From positions 6,830 through 70,829 of IMG/VR virus record IMGVR_UViG_3300005525_000034: a DNA stretch of 64,000 nt, one strand, 5' to 3'. Positions 39,229 to 48,363 of the stretch are shown piece after piece. The stretch is from a virus. The notes below the pieces were generated by a model. The model was not told the origin of the DNA. It saw nothing but the letters and a program-made list of their open reading frames with translations, and searched no databases. The position numbers and the translations under genes were made by a program. Positions within the stretch are counted from its first letter, which is position 1. The number at the start of each line of letters is the position of its first letter.

Positions 39229-41330
39229 CGGGCACCCGCCATGGCGTGCATGAACCGCCAAATCCGTTCGTCGCGGCTGTCGTTCCGGTTAGTGGGCCCC
39301 GGGAAGTCGTCCTGCCGCAGCCGGGCAATCAGCGCATCGAACATTGGCTCCATCGCCTCTGCCTGCTGCCGGGTGGGCCACAGGCCGTCACCCGCCTTGG
39401 GGTCCGCATTCCCCTTGTTCATGCCGCTGTCATGCAGCTCGCGGGTCAGGTAGGTGTTGCTCCTGCCGGCCTTGCTGAGCTTCAGCGAGACATAGGCCTC
39501 GAACGACCGTGCGAAAAGCTCCACATGGCTCATCCAGTATTTCTCGTTCACCATGCCACCGGCCTTCTTTACGGCCCGAAGAGTTTCGTGGCATTGCCGG
39601 ACGTATCCACTGTTCATCCAGGCATCCACCACAGCGGTCATGGCCTGACGTTTTTCGGGTGATCCACGGAAATCCGACAGGAAGCCGTCCCCCCTGGCAC
39701 TATCAGAGGCGTAGTTGTCCAGGGCGTGAGCCCATTCGTGCGATAGCGAACCGACGCCGTTCTTGCGGGTGAGATTGATGACCTTGAGACCAGACTCGTA
39801 GTGGGCAACGGCGCCACCCTTTCCGCGAGCACCGATCGCCAACCCCAACGTGCCGTTCAGGCCGATCGCGCTGTCGGGCAGGCCAATCGCATCCGCGAGG
39901 TCTACCAGTGCCTCGGCCGCCCTCTGAACGTGATGGGCGCGCTCGTCATCGGTGACTGAGTTGCCGTACTGCAGGCCCCGAAAGCCCAAGTCCTTGATGA
40001 TCGTGTCCGTCGCCGCTTGCGGTGTGCCGCCGACCTTTCGGCCGCCTTCTCGACGAGTGTGGCCGACATAACGGTCGGCAGCGCTGAATCGCCACTTGCC
40101 ATTGGCACCCTTCTGATCAAACGCTTCATTTAGGCTGGCGCCTTCCATGATCCTGGTCGCCGGCTCGACCATGCGCTCAAACGTCCCGCGCGCGTCACTC
40201 TTGTCGATCCCGCCGGTGCTGGCCAGCGCCTTGCTAAATTCATTCAACTGCCCATAAACAGTCGCCTTGCCGCCGGCACGGAGGCGGTTATACATGGAGA
40301 TGAGCGCATTGCCGACCGGGTTGTAATGGTCGCCATGAGTTTGGAAATAGCCTGCGCCTTCTGTTTTGCGGTATTTGTCGATCAGCTTATGAACTTCGGC
40401 CTGCAGCTTCTTGCGTAGCGTGCCCGGCTCTACATCCTTGTTGTCCTCAACAAACTGACGGATGGTTTGGAATGCCTCGAAATATTGTCGGCGAACAGTT
40501 TTGGCGTCAACGGTCTGATGGGGCTCCTGCTTCCTGCCGGTCGTGTTTTCCAGGCTCTGCCTGTTGCGTTCCCGGAGCTCGGACCCGCTGATGTAGGCGT
40601 CGATCTCCTTGGCCGACAGGTTCGGGAAGGCCCTGAGGCAGTAGTGGGCCTCCAGTCGGCCCAGAACGTTTTCGGGCGTCACCCCACTCACCAGATCAGT
40701 CGGGAAGTTCTTCAGGAGGTTGTCGCGGGTGAGGATCTTCTCGATCTCCCCTGAGGCCTCGGCCTCCTCGATGGTGCGAAACGCATTGCGCCGGTGGCGA
40801 GCCGAGTTGGCGATGTCCTCCCCGGCGTTCTGAATGGCGCTCTTGCGGGCGAACTCATAGTCGCCGGAGCCCTCCACAGTCTCAGCCTCACCTCGTGGAG
40901 TGCCCTTGCGGGCCCGCGAGGCCCGGCCGGCGGTCGCCTCCTTGGCCTTGGCGGCCTCCTGCGCTTTGGCAGCCTCCTGCGCTTTGGCAGCCTCCTCTGC
41001 GGCCTTGGCCTCCCGGGTAGCCTTGCGCTGCCCCAGGAGTTCCTGTGCCTTGCTGCCGCGGGCGCCGCGGAGCCTTTCCGCCATGGCCGCGGCCTCAGCC
41101 GGCTTGGGGGTGCCCAGACCGCGGGGCTTCACCTCTCCCCTGGCCAGCTGCTCCAGCCGACCAATCCGCTCCTTGCTGATCGCGGCGCCGCCTTCGCTGC
41201 GGCACTCCTTCTTGACGTTGATGCAGGTGGACCCGCAGCCGTAGCCGGTGGTGCATTTCCGGCGGGCGGCGTCCAGGCGGGCCTCGACCAGTTCAAGGCG
41301 ATCGCGCAGGGTCAGGAGTCGAGTGGTCAT
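39225..41330 (-). CDS. LPD1-like (large polyvalent protein domain) protein with RxD/Cys leader
   Basis: FRGLQYGN, LGLAIGARGKG.A.AHYE...INLT..NG.GSLSHEWAHALD, YW....ELFARSFEAYV. Confidence 0.8.
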   Translation of the reverse strand: MTTRLLTLRDRLELVEARLDAARRKCTTGYGCGSTCINVKKECRSEGGAAISKERIGRLEQLARGEVKPRGLGTPKPAEAAAMAERLRGARGSKAQELLGQRKATREAKAAEEAAKAQEAAKAQEAAKAKEATAGRASRARKGTPRGEAETVEGSGDYEFARKSAIQNAGEDIANSARHRRNAFRTIEEAEASGEIEKILTRDNLLKNFPTDLVSGVTPENVLGRLEAHYCLRAFPNLSAKEIDAYISGSELRERNRQSLENTTGRKQEPHQTVDAKTVRRQYFEAFQTIRQFVEDNKDVEPGTLRKKLQAEVHKLIDKYRKTEGAGYFQTHGDHYNPVGNALISMYNRLRAGGKATVYGQLNEFSKALASTGGIDKSDARGTFERMVEPATRIMEGASLNEAFDQKGANGKWRFSAADRYVGHTRREGGRKVGGTPQAATDTIIKDLGFRGLQYGNSVTDDERAHHVQRAAEALVDLADAIGLPDSAIGLNGTLGLAIGARGKGGAVAHYESGLKVINLTRKNGVGSLSHEWAHALDNYASDSARGDGFLSDFRGSPEKRQAMTAVVDAWMNSGYVRQCHETLRAVKKAGGMVNEKYWMSHVELFARSFEAYVSLKLSKAGRSNTYLTRELHDSGMNKGNADPKAGDGLWPTRQQAEAMEPMFDALIARLRQDDFPGPTNRNDSRDERIWRFMHAMAGAR
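40936..41010 (-). repeat. 18-bp in-frame tandem repeat (EAAKAQ)n linker
   Basis: AEEAAKAQEAAKAQEAAKAKEA. Confidence 0.7.
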
Positions 41331-44300
41331 CGGGCATCACCTCCAAAGGTCAGCAGGGCCAGGATCAGAGCGTCCAGATCGACCGCATCGCCCGCATCCA
41401 GGCGATCACCGCGGGCGCCCTCGATTCGGCTGAGCCTGCCATTGCGGACAACGGCAATGCCAGTGCCATCGATGAACGTGAACCCGGCGCGCTCATAGAG
41501 CGATCGGCGCTTGTCGCCATAGCCATCATCCTCATGTGCCTTGCAAAGCACGATCTGGCCCTCCTCCATGTTCGACACCAGGCCCTTCACCTGCTTTGAG
41601 ACCTCCATGGCAAACCGCCGCGCCACGTTCGTTGGCAGCTCCATGCGGTCTGCGCCCATGAAGGCCTCGCCTCCACCGGCGCCAGTCAGCCAGGCCAGTT
41701 CCAGGGCGTTGTTGACCTGCCCGTGGCTCAGATTGATGCCCTGCTCCCCCAGCTTCCTGGCGATAGGCTTCGCGTTTGCCTCTTCCACCGCGACCTGGAA
41801 GCTGAGCTTGTCCACCAAGCGGGGTTCCTTGCCTGGTCTTACTGGCAGGCGGAGAGGCTCCTCGAGCTGCACCTCGTAGCGGGATTCATGCCAGACGACG
41901 CCCTTGTCGCCGCGGCCACGCACCTCGTTTTTCTCTACCTGTTTCACGCCCCATTCCTGGGGCCCGCGGCTGAGCAGCTCCTCCTCGCGCGCTTTCTCCT
42001 TGGCCTGCCTTTCGCGTTCCTCCCGCTGGCGGGCGGCTGCCATCTGCTGAATGCGTTCCGCTGCGGCCATCGCATCCGCTTCTGACACCTTTGCGCCGCG
42101 GCCCAGCAACCGCCGGCCCAGGCCCTTGATCCGCTGGCCCAGGCCCCGCGCGGCGCCAGCCAGCTTTCCCTTGCGGCATTCCCCGCTGGTGCCGTAGTAG
42201 CTGCCGTCTGGCCGCTTGCAGCGCTGATCTAGGCGCACACTCAGGGCCGTCAAGCGATCGATCGCGGCATCAAAGCGACCGTCGACCGCATCACGCCGGC
42301 GGCCGCGGCCCAGCCGGCGCCGGTTGCTGGATCCCCCCAGGGTGGGGTCATCCCCCTCGCCGCCGAACTGTTCCTCGGCTCCCACCCGGAGATCGATGGC
42401 CTGCCGGGCCAGATCGTTCAGCCGGTCGTCGGAGGCCTTCATCTCCTCCAGCAGGCTGCGCATCGCGCCGGAGACGCTGCCGCTTTCTGCGGCCCGGCGG
42501 CCCATTTCTGCCCGGCGGGCCGCAGCCTCCGGAGAGTTGGCCTCTTCTTGCAGTTTCTGCATGAACTCGACCTTGTATTGCTCCCGGGCCTCGTCCTTGC
42601 TCATGCCCCGGTAGCGGCCGCGGCGCTCCAGCAGCCAGTCGGTCTCGAATAACTGCTCGGCCACCATGCCCATCTGGCGGGCATCGGCCGCTTTCATGGC
42701 ATTGAGCGTCTCCCGCATGATGCTGACGATGCTGCCCGGTCGGCCGCTGCTTGAGCCGGGCTGCACCACCTCTGGCGTCACCACCTCAGGGGTCACGGCC
42801 TGAGCCGATCCGCCGGTGGGCACCAGGACCCCGCCAGCGGGCCGGCGCTGGGCGCGCTGCCTCCGCAGCTGGGCCGCCTGCTCCGACCGGGAGGCCTTGA
42901 TCTCCTCCGCCTTGGCCGCGGCCGCACCACCCTTGAGGCGACCGATGCCGCGGCCGGTGGCACCGCCCTGAGCGGCCTGCTCGAGGCGCTTCAGGCGCTC
43001 CTTGCCGGTGGTGGCCCGGCCCTCCGATCGGCAGTCCTTGTCGGCGCTGATGCAGCTGCTGCCGCAGGCGTAGCCGGTCTGGCATTTCCGACGCAAGGCA
43101 TCGATGCGGGCAAGCAGGCTGTCGAACCGATTGGCCGAGTCGAACAGGTTCATGGTCAGCTCATCCACCGGGGCAGCCTCTTTGCGCAGCCCAAGGCGCT
43201 TGAGCTCCTCTTCCATGGCCTGCACGACCTGCTGACGCAGCTCCCGGGCCACCTTGTTGCGGTTCTCGCCTGCGGTGACACGGGCCGCGGCCTGATCCAG
43301 CGCAACGGCCACAGGGCCCGACACGCTCTTCAGCTGATCGAAGAACCGCAGCACCGAGCTGGCCTCATCGGCCTGCTGCTGGCTCTGTTCGACGTTGATC
43401 GTGTTGCCGCCCTTCTGTTCGAGCAGTTCCACCGCCTGAGTGCTTTTTGAGACGGCCCCAAGCAGGCGGGCCTCGCGGCCCAGGGACTTCTTCAGACCGT
43501 TGGCCAGCTCCGCCCGCGCCAGACCAGTGTCAACCGACTTCTCTTCGGTACCGAACAGATCGATCTCTTCCTGCGTCTGCCGGCTGCTGACAGCGAGGTG
43601 CTGGACATACTCCTCGAGCGTTTCGTCGGTCATCTTCGGCCAAGCCTTGAGGACCTTGTAGACCTCCCGCTGCTTGTCCTGATCGAGGCCGGAGCCGCCG
43701 ATCACGGCCGCTCGCCGCATGCGCAGCTTGCCCTGCACCACGTCGTTGAACATCTCGTCGGGCAGCTGGGCCAAGGCCAGGCCCTTCTCGGCCTTCCCGC
43801 TCCTCAGCGGCAGGCCCAGGGCCTTCACTTCTTCGAGGGTCTTGAGGCCGGAATCCCGGAAGAACTTGCCGGCATCGATTTCGGTGCCGGCCCCCTCGGC
43901 GATGTTCTGCATCGCCCCGATCGCCCGCGCCTCCTGCGCACTGCCGGCCTTCAGGTAGCGGACCGTCACCTCTTCGGCTCCAAGACGTTTGGCCAGCGCC
44001 AACCGGTTGTGACCGTTGACCACGTAGGTCTTGCCGTCTTTCGGGTCCTGCCAGACCGAGATCACCCCCGCCAGGTTGGGATCCCAGCGCTCCACACCCG
44101 ACAGCGAACCCACCTCGCCGGAGGCGCTGGAGCCGATCTTGTACTGGAAACGCTCGGGATCCACTTCCACGTCACCAGGCGCCACATCACGCACTTTTCC
44201 AGGCTTGGCTGCAGCCGCCGCGGCTTCAGGCACCTTGCCGGTGCGGACCATTTCAGCCACCCGCGGGTCCTCGAGCATTTTCTCCAGCCGGGCCGTCTGC

Positions 44301-45871
44301 CGCCCCTTCACCAGGCTTTGGGCCTTGGCCTCCCGCTGCATCTGCAGCTCCTGGGCCTGGGTCGCGGCGTTCTGGTCACCCTCCTGGGCCAGAGCCTGCA
44401 GCTGTCGCAGCCGCACCTTGCCGATCGCACTCGTCGGCTGCACCCGGCATTCCTTGCTGAGGCTGATACAGGCTGATCCGCAGCCGTAGCCCTTGCTGCA
44501 CTGGCGTTTGGTGGTCTTCTGCTGGAATTTCAACGCCCGCTTGTAATCCAGGCGTGCGGACGGATCTCGGGCCGCCAGGAACCCCTCGGATCGCAGTTCC
44601 CACTGCCGTTCATCGATCCCCTCCCAGGCCGGCTGGTACCCGATCGATGCCGAATCAAGGCGGAAACGGTAGACCAGCCCCTCGGACACCGCGCGGCCGG
44701 CGGTGATCCCCCGGGGGTGGCGATTCCAGTCGAGCACCTGCGCGCCAGGCAGCTGCTCTCGCAGGATGCTGCTGCACAGCCGGGCCACCGGATCGACGCT
44801 GTCCCGCCGCTGCCGGAACAGGGGCATGGTCTCGTCGTACTCGGTGACGCCAAACAGGGATTCCTGGTTCTGCTGGCCGCGGCTGAGAGCGCCCTGCAGG
44901 CGATCGCGCTCCGCGGCGCGCTCCTGCTGCCGCCAGGCCTCGGCGGCCTTCTGATCACCGGCCTCCTGGGCGGCCTTGCGCTGCTGACGGGCCAGCTGCG
45001 CCTGCCCGGACGAAGTGGTCACGTCCTGGGCATTGATCCCCGCCGGCTTGGCCTTTGGCGCCAGGCCGGGGTCGTAGCGGTCCGGGTTGGTCAGCACCGG
45101 CTCCTCATTGACCTCCGGAGGTGGCTCCGCCTCCTGCTTGCCCCGACGATCGAAGAACCCCTCGCGGATCGGCCGCGAATGCTTGTTGCCGGCGATCCGG
45201 ACATCCACAACGGTGCCGCCACGGGTCGCCTTGCCAACAAAGGCCCGATCCTCCGCGAACACCAGCATGTCGTAGTCGCCGACATCACGCAGCATGTTTC
45301 GGTGTGCCGAATAGGAGGCCTTGAACTCGGCCTGCCATTCCTTGCTGCGACGCTTGTCCGATCCGACCTCCGCATCAGCATCGGCCTTGGCGTCATCTTC
45401 CGCCATCCAGTGCGCGGCTGCTTCCTTGTCGCGGAACCAGTAATGATAGCCAGGCCGACCGTTAGTTGAGCGCCAGAACCTCAGTCCGCCCTTGTGCTTT
45501 TCGCGTTCCTGAGCAACGTCAAAATCCTTGTCGCCGCCGCTGGCGATACTCATGGGCTTGGCCTGCATGCCGCCGCTCACCTGCGGGGTTTTCTTGCTGC
45601 CGCTGCTGCCACCGTTCAGGCCGCGGCCGTCAGGCGCCGTGCCGGATGGCCCGTTTTTGCGGCACTCCTTCTTCGGATCGATCCAGCTGCCACCGCACTG
45701 CTCGCCACCTCCAGGGCCTTTGCCGGCCGCGGCCGCAGGCTTCGGTTTCGGAGGCGGGGCAGCAGGTGCGCTGAAGTCGAGCCCCAGCTGGCCGGGCGAC
45801 ACCTTGACCTTGGCATCCAGGCGCGCCACACGCTCCTCAAGTGCCCGCAGGCTCAGTTCAGCAACGTCCAC
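41327..45871 (-). CDS. Large polyvalent protein: several RxD/Cys modules, ParB/Srx-like domain, C-terminal GNAT-like domain
   Basis: 1514 aa; VISVWQDPKDGKTYVVNGHNRLALAKR (ParB-like); KRRSLYERAGF (GNAT-like); four Cys modules. Confidence 0.75.
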   Translation of the reverse strand: MDVAELSLRALEERVARLDAKVKVSPGQLGLDFSAPAAPPPKPKPAAAAGKGPGGGEQCGGSWIDPKKECRKNGPSGTAPDGRGLNGGSSGSKKTPQVSGGMQAKPMSIASGGDKDFDVAQEREKHKGGLRFWRSTNGRPGYHYWFRDKEAAAHWMAEDDAKADADAEVGSDKRRSKEWQAEFKASYSAHRNMLRDVGDYDMLVFAEDRAFVGKATRGGTVVDVRIAGNKHSRPIREGFFDRRGKQEAEPPPEVNEEPVLTNPDRYDPGLAPKAKPAGINAQDVTTSSGQAQLARQQRKAAQEAGDQKAAEAWRQQERAAERDRLQGALSRGQQNQESLFGVTEYDETMPLFRQRRDSVDPVARLCSSILREQLPGAQVLDWNRHPRGITAGRAVSEGLVYRFRLDSASIGYQPAWEGIDERQWELRSEGFLAARDPSARLDYKRALKFQQKTTKRQCSKGYGCGSACISLSKECRVQPTSAIGKVRLRQLQALAQEGDQNAATQAQELQMQREAKAQSLVKGRQTARLEKMLEDPRVAEMVRTGKVPEAAAAAAKPGKVRDVAPGDVEVDPERFQYKIGSSASGEVGSLSGVERWDPNLAGVISVWQDPKDGKTYVVNGHNRLALAKRLGAEEVTVRYLKAGSAQEARAIGAMQNIAEGAGTEIDAGKFFRDSGLKTLEEVKALGLPLRSGKAEKGLALAQLPDEMFNDVVQGKLRMRRAAVIGGSGLDQDKQREVYKVLKAWPKMTDETLEEYVQHLAVSSRQTQEEIDLFGTEEKSVDTGLARAELANGLKKSLGREARLLGAVSKSTQAVELLEQKGGNTINVEQSQQQADEASSVLRFFDQLKSVSGPVAVALDQAAARVTAGENRNKVARELRQQVVQAMEEELKRLGLRKEAAPVDELTMNLFDSANRFDSLLARIDALRRKCQTGYACGSSCISADKDCRSEGRATTGKERLKRLEQAAQGGATGRGIGRLKGGAAAAKAEEIKASRSEQAAQLRRQRAQRRPAGGVLVPTGGSAQAVTPEVVTPEVVQPGSSSGRPGSIVSIMRETLNAMKAADARQMGMVAEQLFETDWLLERRGRYRGMSKDEAREQYKVEFMQKLQEEANSPEAAARRAEMGRRAAESGSVSGAMRSLLEEMKASDDRLNDLARQAIDLRVGAEEQFGGEGDDPTLGGSSNRRRLGRGRRRDAVDGRFDAAIDRLTALSVRLDQRCKRPDGSYYGTSGECRKGKLAGAARGLGQRIKGLGRRLLGRGAKVSEADAMAAAERIQQMAAARQREERERQAKEKAREEELLSRGPQEWGVKQVEKNEVRGRGDKGVVWHESRYEVQLEEPLRLPVRPGKEPRLVDKLSFQVAVEEANAKPIARKLGEQGINLSHGQVNNALELAWLTGAGGGEAFMGADRMELPTNVARRFAMEVSKQVKGLVSNMEEGQIVLCKAHEDDGYGDKRRSLYERAGFTFIDGTGIAVVRNGRLSRIEGARGDRLDAGDAVDLDALILALLTFGGDAR

Positions 45872-45938
45872 AGACCAGCATCATCCCTGCTCCATTCTGG
45901 CTGGACTTGCTGACTGCTCTTTTCTCGAAATCAGCCAT

Positions 45939-46376
45939 TCAGCGCAGGTTCTCGAGCTTGTAGAGCGTCGTGTCGACGAGGGTGAGAACCGTGTCGATGT
46001 CGTTCTGGATCTCGCTGTCAGTGGCGACACCAGCGCGCACGCGCCGGACGTAGTTGCTCAGCTGGGTCGTGAAGGCCACGGGGTCGTCATTCGGCTGCGA
46101 CGGGCCCATGGGGTAGCTCTGGATGATGCCGTATTTGCCCTGGTAGCTCTCGATCAGACCATCGGCCAGGTCCTCAAGCTCTTCGTAGAACTCGCCCAGG
46201 GCCGAGTGCTGGGAGAACGAGCGCGACTGCAGGTGGAGCAGGTGGGCGGCGGTGACGGCATCCAGCAGCGTCTTGAAGAACTCGGCCGCCACCGCGCGGT
46301 CGGTCGTGCCGGCGTCGGGGGCGTCCTGGCGGGCAACGAGAGATTCGTAGCCGGGGGCCCAGAAGGAAGGGGTCAT
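45939..46376 (-). CDS. Ferritin/Dps-like (DUF5856-type) protein
   Basis: HLLHLQSRSFSQHSALGEFYEELEDLADGLIESYQG; C-terminal TLYKL. Confidence 0.75.
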   Translation of the reverse strand: MTPSFWAPGYESLVARQDAPDAGTTDRAVAAEFFKTLLDAVTAAHLLHLQSRSFSQHSALGEFYEELEDLADGLIESYQGKYGIIQSYPMGPSQPNDDPVAFTTQLSNYVRRVRAGVATDSEIQNDIDTVLTLVDTTLYKLENLR

Positions 46377-46394
46377 GGTCGTCGGTCGTGGTGA

Positions 46395-47450
46395 TCAGGC
46401 GGAGCGCTCCAACACCTCGCGGTAGGCGTCCCGGCGAGAGGCGCTCCAGCGGTTGCGCAGCGCCAGGCGAGACAGGGTCAACTCCTTGAGCAGTTCGGCC
46501 AGATCGGGTTCCGCGGAGTCTTTGCGGCGGCTGGCCGCCTTGCGCGAGTCGGGCATGAAGGCCAACATCGAGTCCCGCATCTTCTTCAGCCGTTCCGGCA
46601 TGCGGGGATCACCGCCCTGGTCCGGGTGATGCTTCATCAGCAGCTTCCGGAACTTGGCACGCACCTCATCGGCGGTGGCCGTCTTGGGGTCCAGGCCGAA
46701 CACATGCCAAGGCCGGAAGTTCTTGATCACGTCAATGCCGTTGATCACGGTCGGACCGTCGGGCAGGCCTCTCTCATTGTCGGGAACACGCACATGAGCC
46801 CTATAGACCTTCAGCCAGTCCTCCTTGGTCCTTAGCGGGTTGTCAGAGCCTGACATCGCCATCTGGAACATCTCGTCTCGCTTCAGCTCCGCGACTGTCT
46901 TGACGCCGAACGTCTTAAGCACTGCGGCTTTCACGTCCTTCATGCTTGGGGCCTTACCGGCTCCCTTGCCAGAGGTCGCCGGGGCCTCGCTCTCGCCACT
47001 GCCTGATTCCTTGGCTGGCGCTTTCTTGGCAGGCTTCTCCGCTGCAGGCGCAGAGGCCCCGCCACCGGCATGCTTGACGATGGCGGTCACCTTCTGGGCC
47101 GCGGCCCCACCCTTGGCCTTGCAGATCTTCCCCTTCTGGATGCAGGTGGCGCCGCAGGGATAGCCGGTGGTGCAGTTGCGGGGCTTGCCTTGGGCGGCAT
47201 CCAGGCGCGGACTTGCCCACACCTCCTGGTCGGTCGCATCGGAGCGATCGCCACCGCCGCCGGCGCCGACCGGCCGGTAACGAACGGCGCCGCCGCCGAT
47301 TGTGTAATCAAACAGGACACCATTGGAGCGGAATCGCCCCGAAACGTCCCCGGTGTCTTTGGACGGGTTGACCGATAGGAGCTGCACCGGCCGGATCAGG
47401 GTCAGCAGTTCTTCTCGGACAAGGCGGGCAATTTCCTGAAGGTTAGTCAT
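46395..47450 (-). CDS. J-domain (DnaJ-like) protein with RxD/Cys module
   Basis: PWHVFGL...EVRAKFRKLLMKHHPDQGGD; RLDAAQGKPRNCTTGYPCGATCIQKGKIC. Confidence 0.8.
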   Translation of the reverse strand: MTNLQEIARLVREELLTLIRPVQLLSVNPSKDTGDVSGRFRSNGVLFDYTIGGGAVRYRPVGAGGGGDRSDATDQEVWASPRLDAAQGKPRNCTTGYPCGATCIQKGKICKAKGGAAAQKVTAIVKHAGGGASAPAAEKPAKKAPAKESGSGESEAPATSGKGAGKAPSMKDVKAAVLKTFGVKTVAELKRDEMFQMAMSGSDNPLRTKEDWLKVYRAHVRVPDNERGLPDGPTVINGIDVIKNFRPWHVFGLDPKTATADEVRAKFRKLLMKHHPDQGGDPRMPERLKKMRDSMLAFMPDSRKAASRRKDSAEPDLAELLKELTLSRLALRNRWSASRRDAYREVLERSA

Positions 47451-47453
47451 GGC

Positions 47454-47750
47454 TCAGCTCCTCTCAGGACCAATGTCGACGTGAGCGCCGCCGGTGCGCT
47501 TGCCTTTGCGGCGCAGCTGCTCATTCTCATCTGCCGGGGTTTCCGGCGCCTTTGGCACAGGCGACGGACAGACCACCACGTCAGCCGCGATCGAGGCCTC
47601 CTCCAACGCCGCGGCCAGCAACTCACTGGATTCAGCCCCCTCTGCCAACGCGCTGCACTGGGCAAGCACATCACGGATCTCATAGATGCCGTGGTTGCGG
47701 CACCACTGGCCCAGCGTGAGAAGGGCAAAGGCGCGATTGGTTTGAGGCAT
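47454..47750 (-). CDS. Hypothetical protein
   Basis: 98-aa ORF ending 3 nt before J-domain gene start. Confidence 0.5.
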   Translation of the reverse strand: MPQTNRAFALLTLGQWCRNHGIYEIRDVLAQCSALAEGAESSELLAAALEEASIAADVVVCPSPVPKAPETPADENEQLRRKGKRTGGAHVDIGPERS

Positions 47751-47906
47751 CGACCAGGACAGGGCTGCACCACGGTAGGCAGGAACAACCTGGGGCCTGA
47801 ATACAGCAGCCTCGCCCTCAGGTCCACGGATGGCAGCCCAGGCCGTTCAGGATCTTGTATGCTGCTGAAGCCGCTTGGTGCGGTCATCCTGCCTTCACTG
47901 CGTGCC

Positions 47907-48077
47907 ATGCCTCGTATTCGGTCCGTTTCTCGACGGGAAGCAGCCCTTGAGATTTCCCTGCTGCTCGCCCTGGCCCTCTTGCCGATCACTGCGCTACTGG
48001 GCTTCAGCTGCATGCGCGACAACTATGCGCTCAACGATCTGCGCGCACCGATTGCCGCTCCACCATTGCATCAGTGA
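47907..48077 (+). CDS. Small membrane peptide
   Basis: Hydrophobic ISLLLALALLPITALLGF. Confidence 0.4.
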   Translation: MPRIRSVSRREAALEISLLLALALLPITALLGFSCMRDNYALNDLRAPIAAPPLHQ

Positions 48078-48132
48078 TCAGCTTGTTTCACGCCTCCCAC
48101 TCATCGAACATGACACAATCCATCGTCACATC

Positions 48133-48363
48133 ATGAACTCACTCATTCAGGCGCCATTGCACTACGAAAACACCTTGCTGGATCGTTGCCGACGTGCCTA
48201 CGACGAAGCTCCTGCAGCCGGTATGGCGAGCCGCAGCGGACTGACCCTGGTGCTGGAGCATCTGGCCGCAGAGATCATGGCTGCGCAGCACATGCGCGGA
48301 AACATGAGCGGGCACGACGCTGCGCGCATGTTGCTGGAAGGTGCCAAGCCGCAATCTCCGTGA
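48133..48363 (+). CDS. Hypothetical protein
   Basis: ATG 48133; TGATG coupling to next gene. Confidence 0.55.
   Translation: MNSLIQAPLHYENTLLDRCRRAYDEAPAAGMASRSGLTLVLEHLAAEIMAAQHMRGNMSGHDAARMLLEGAKPQSP

Noticed and set aside
35169-47174. Dispersed Cys-module repeats as a CRISPR array or DGR template/variable repeats
   Set aside because: Repeats are in-frame, irregularly spaced and diverge mainly at synonymous sites; no cas or reverse transcriptase gene in the window
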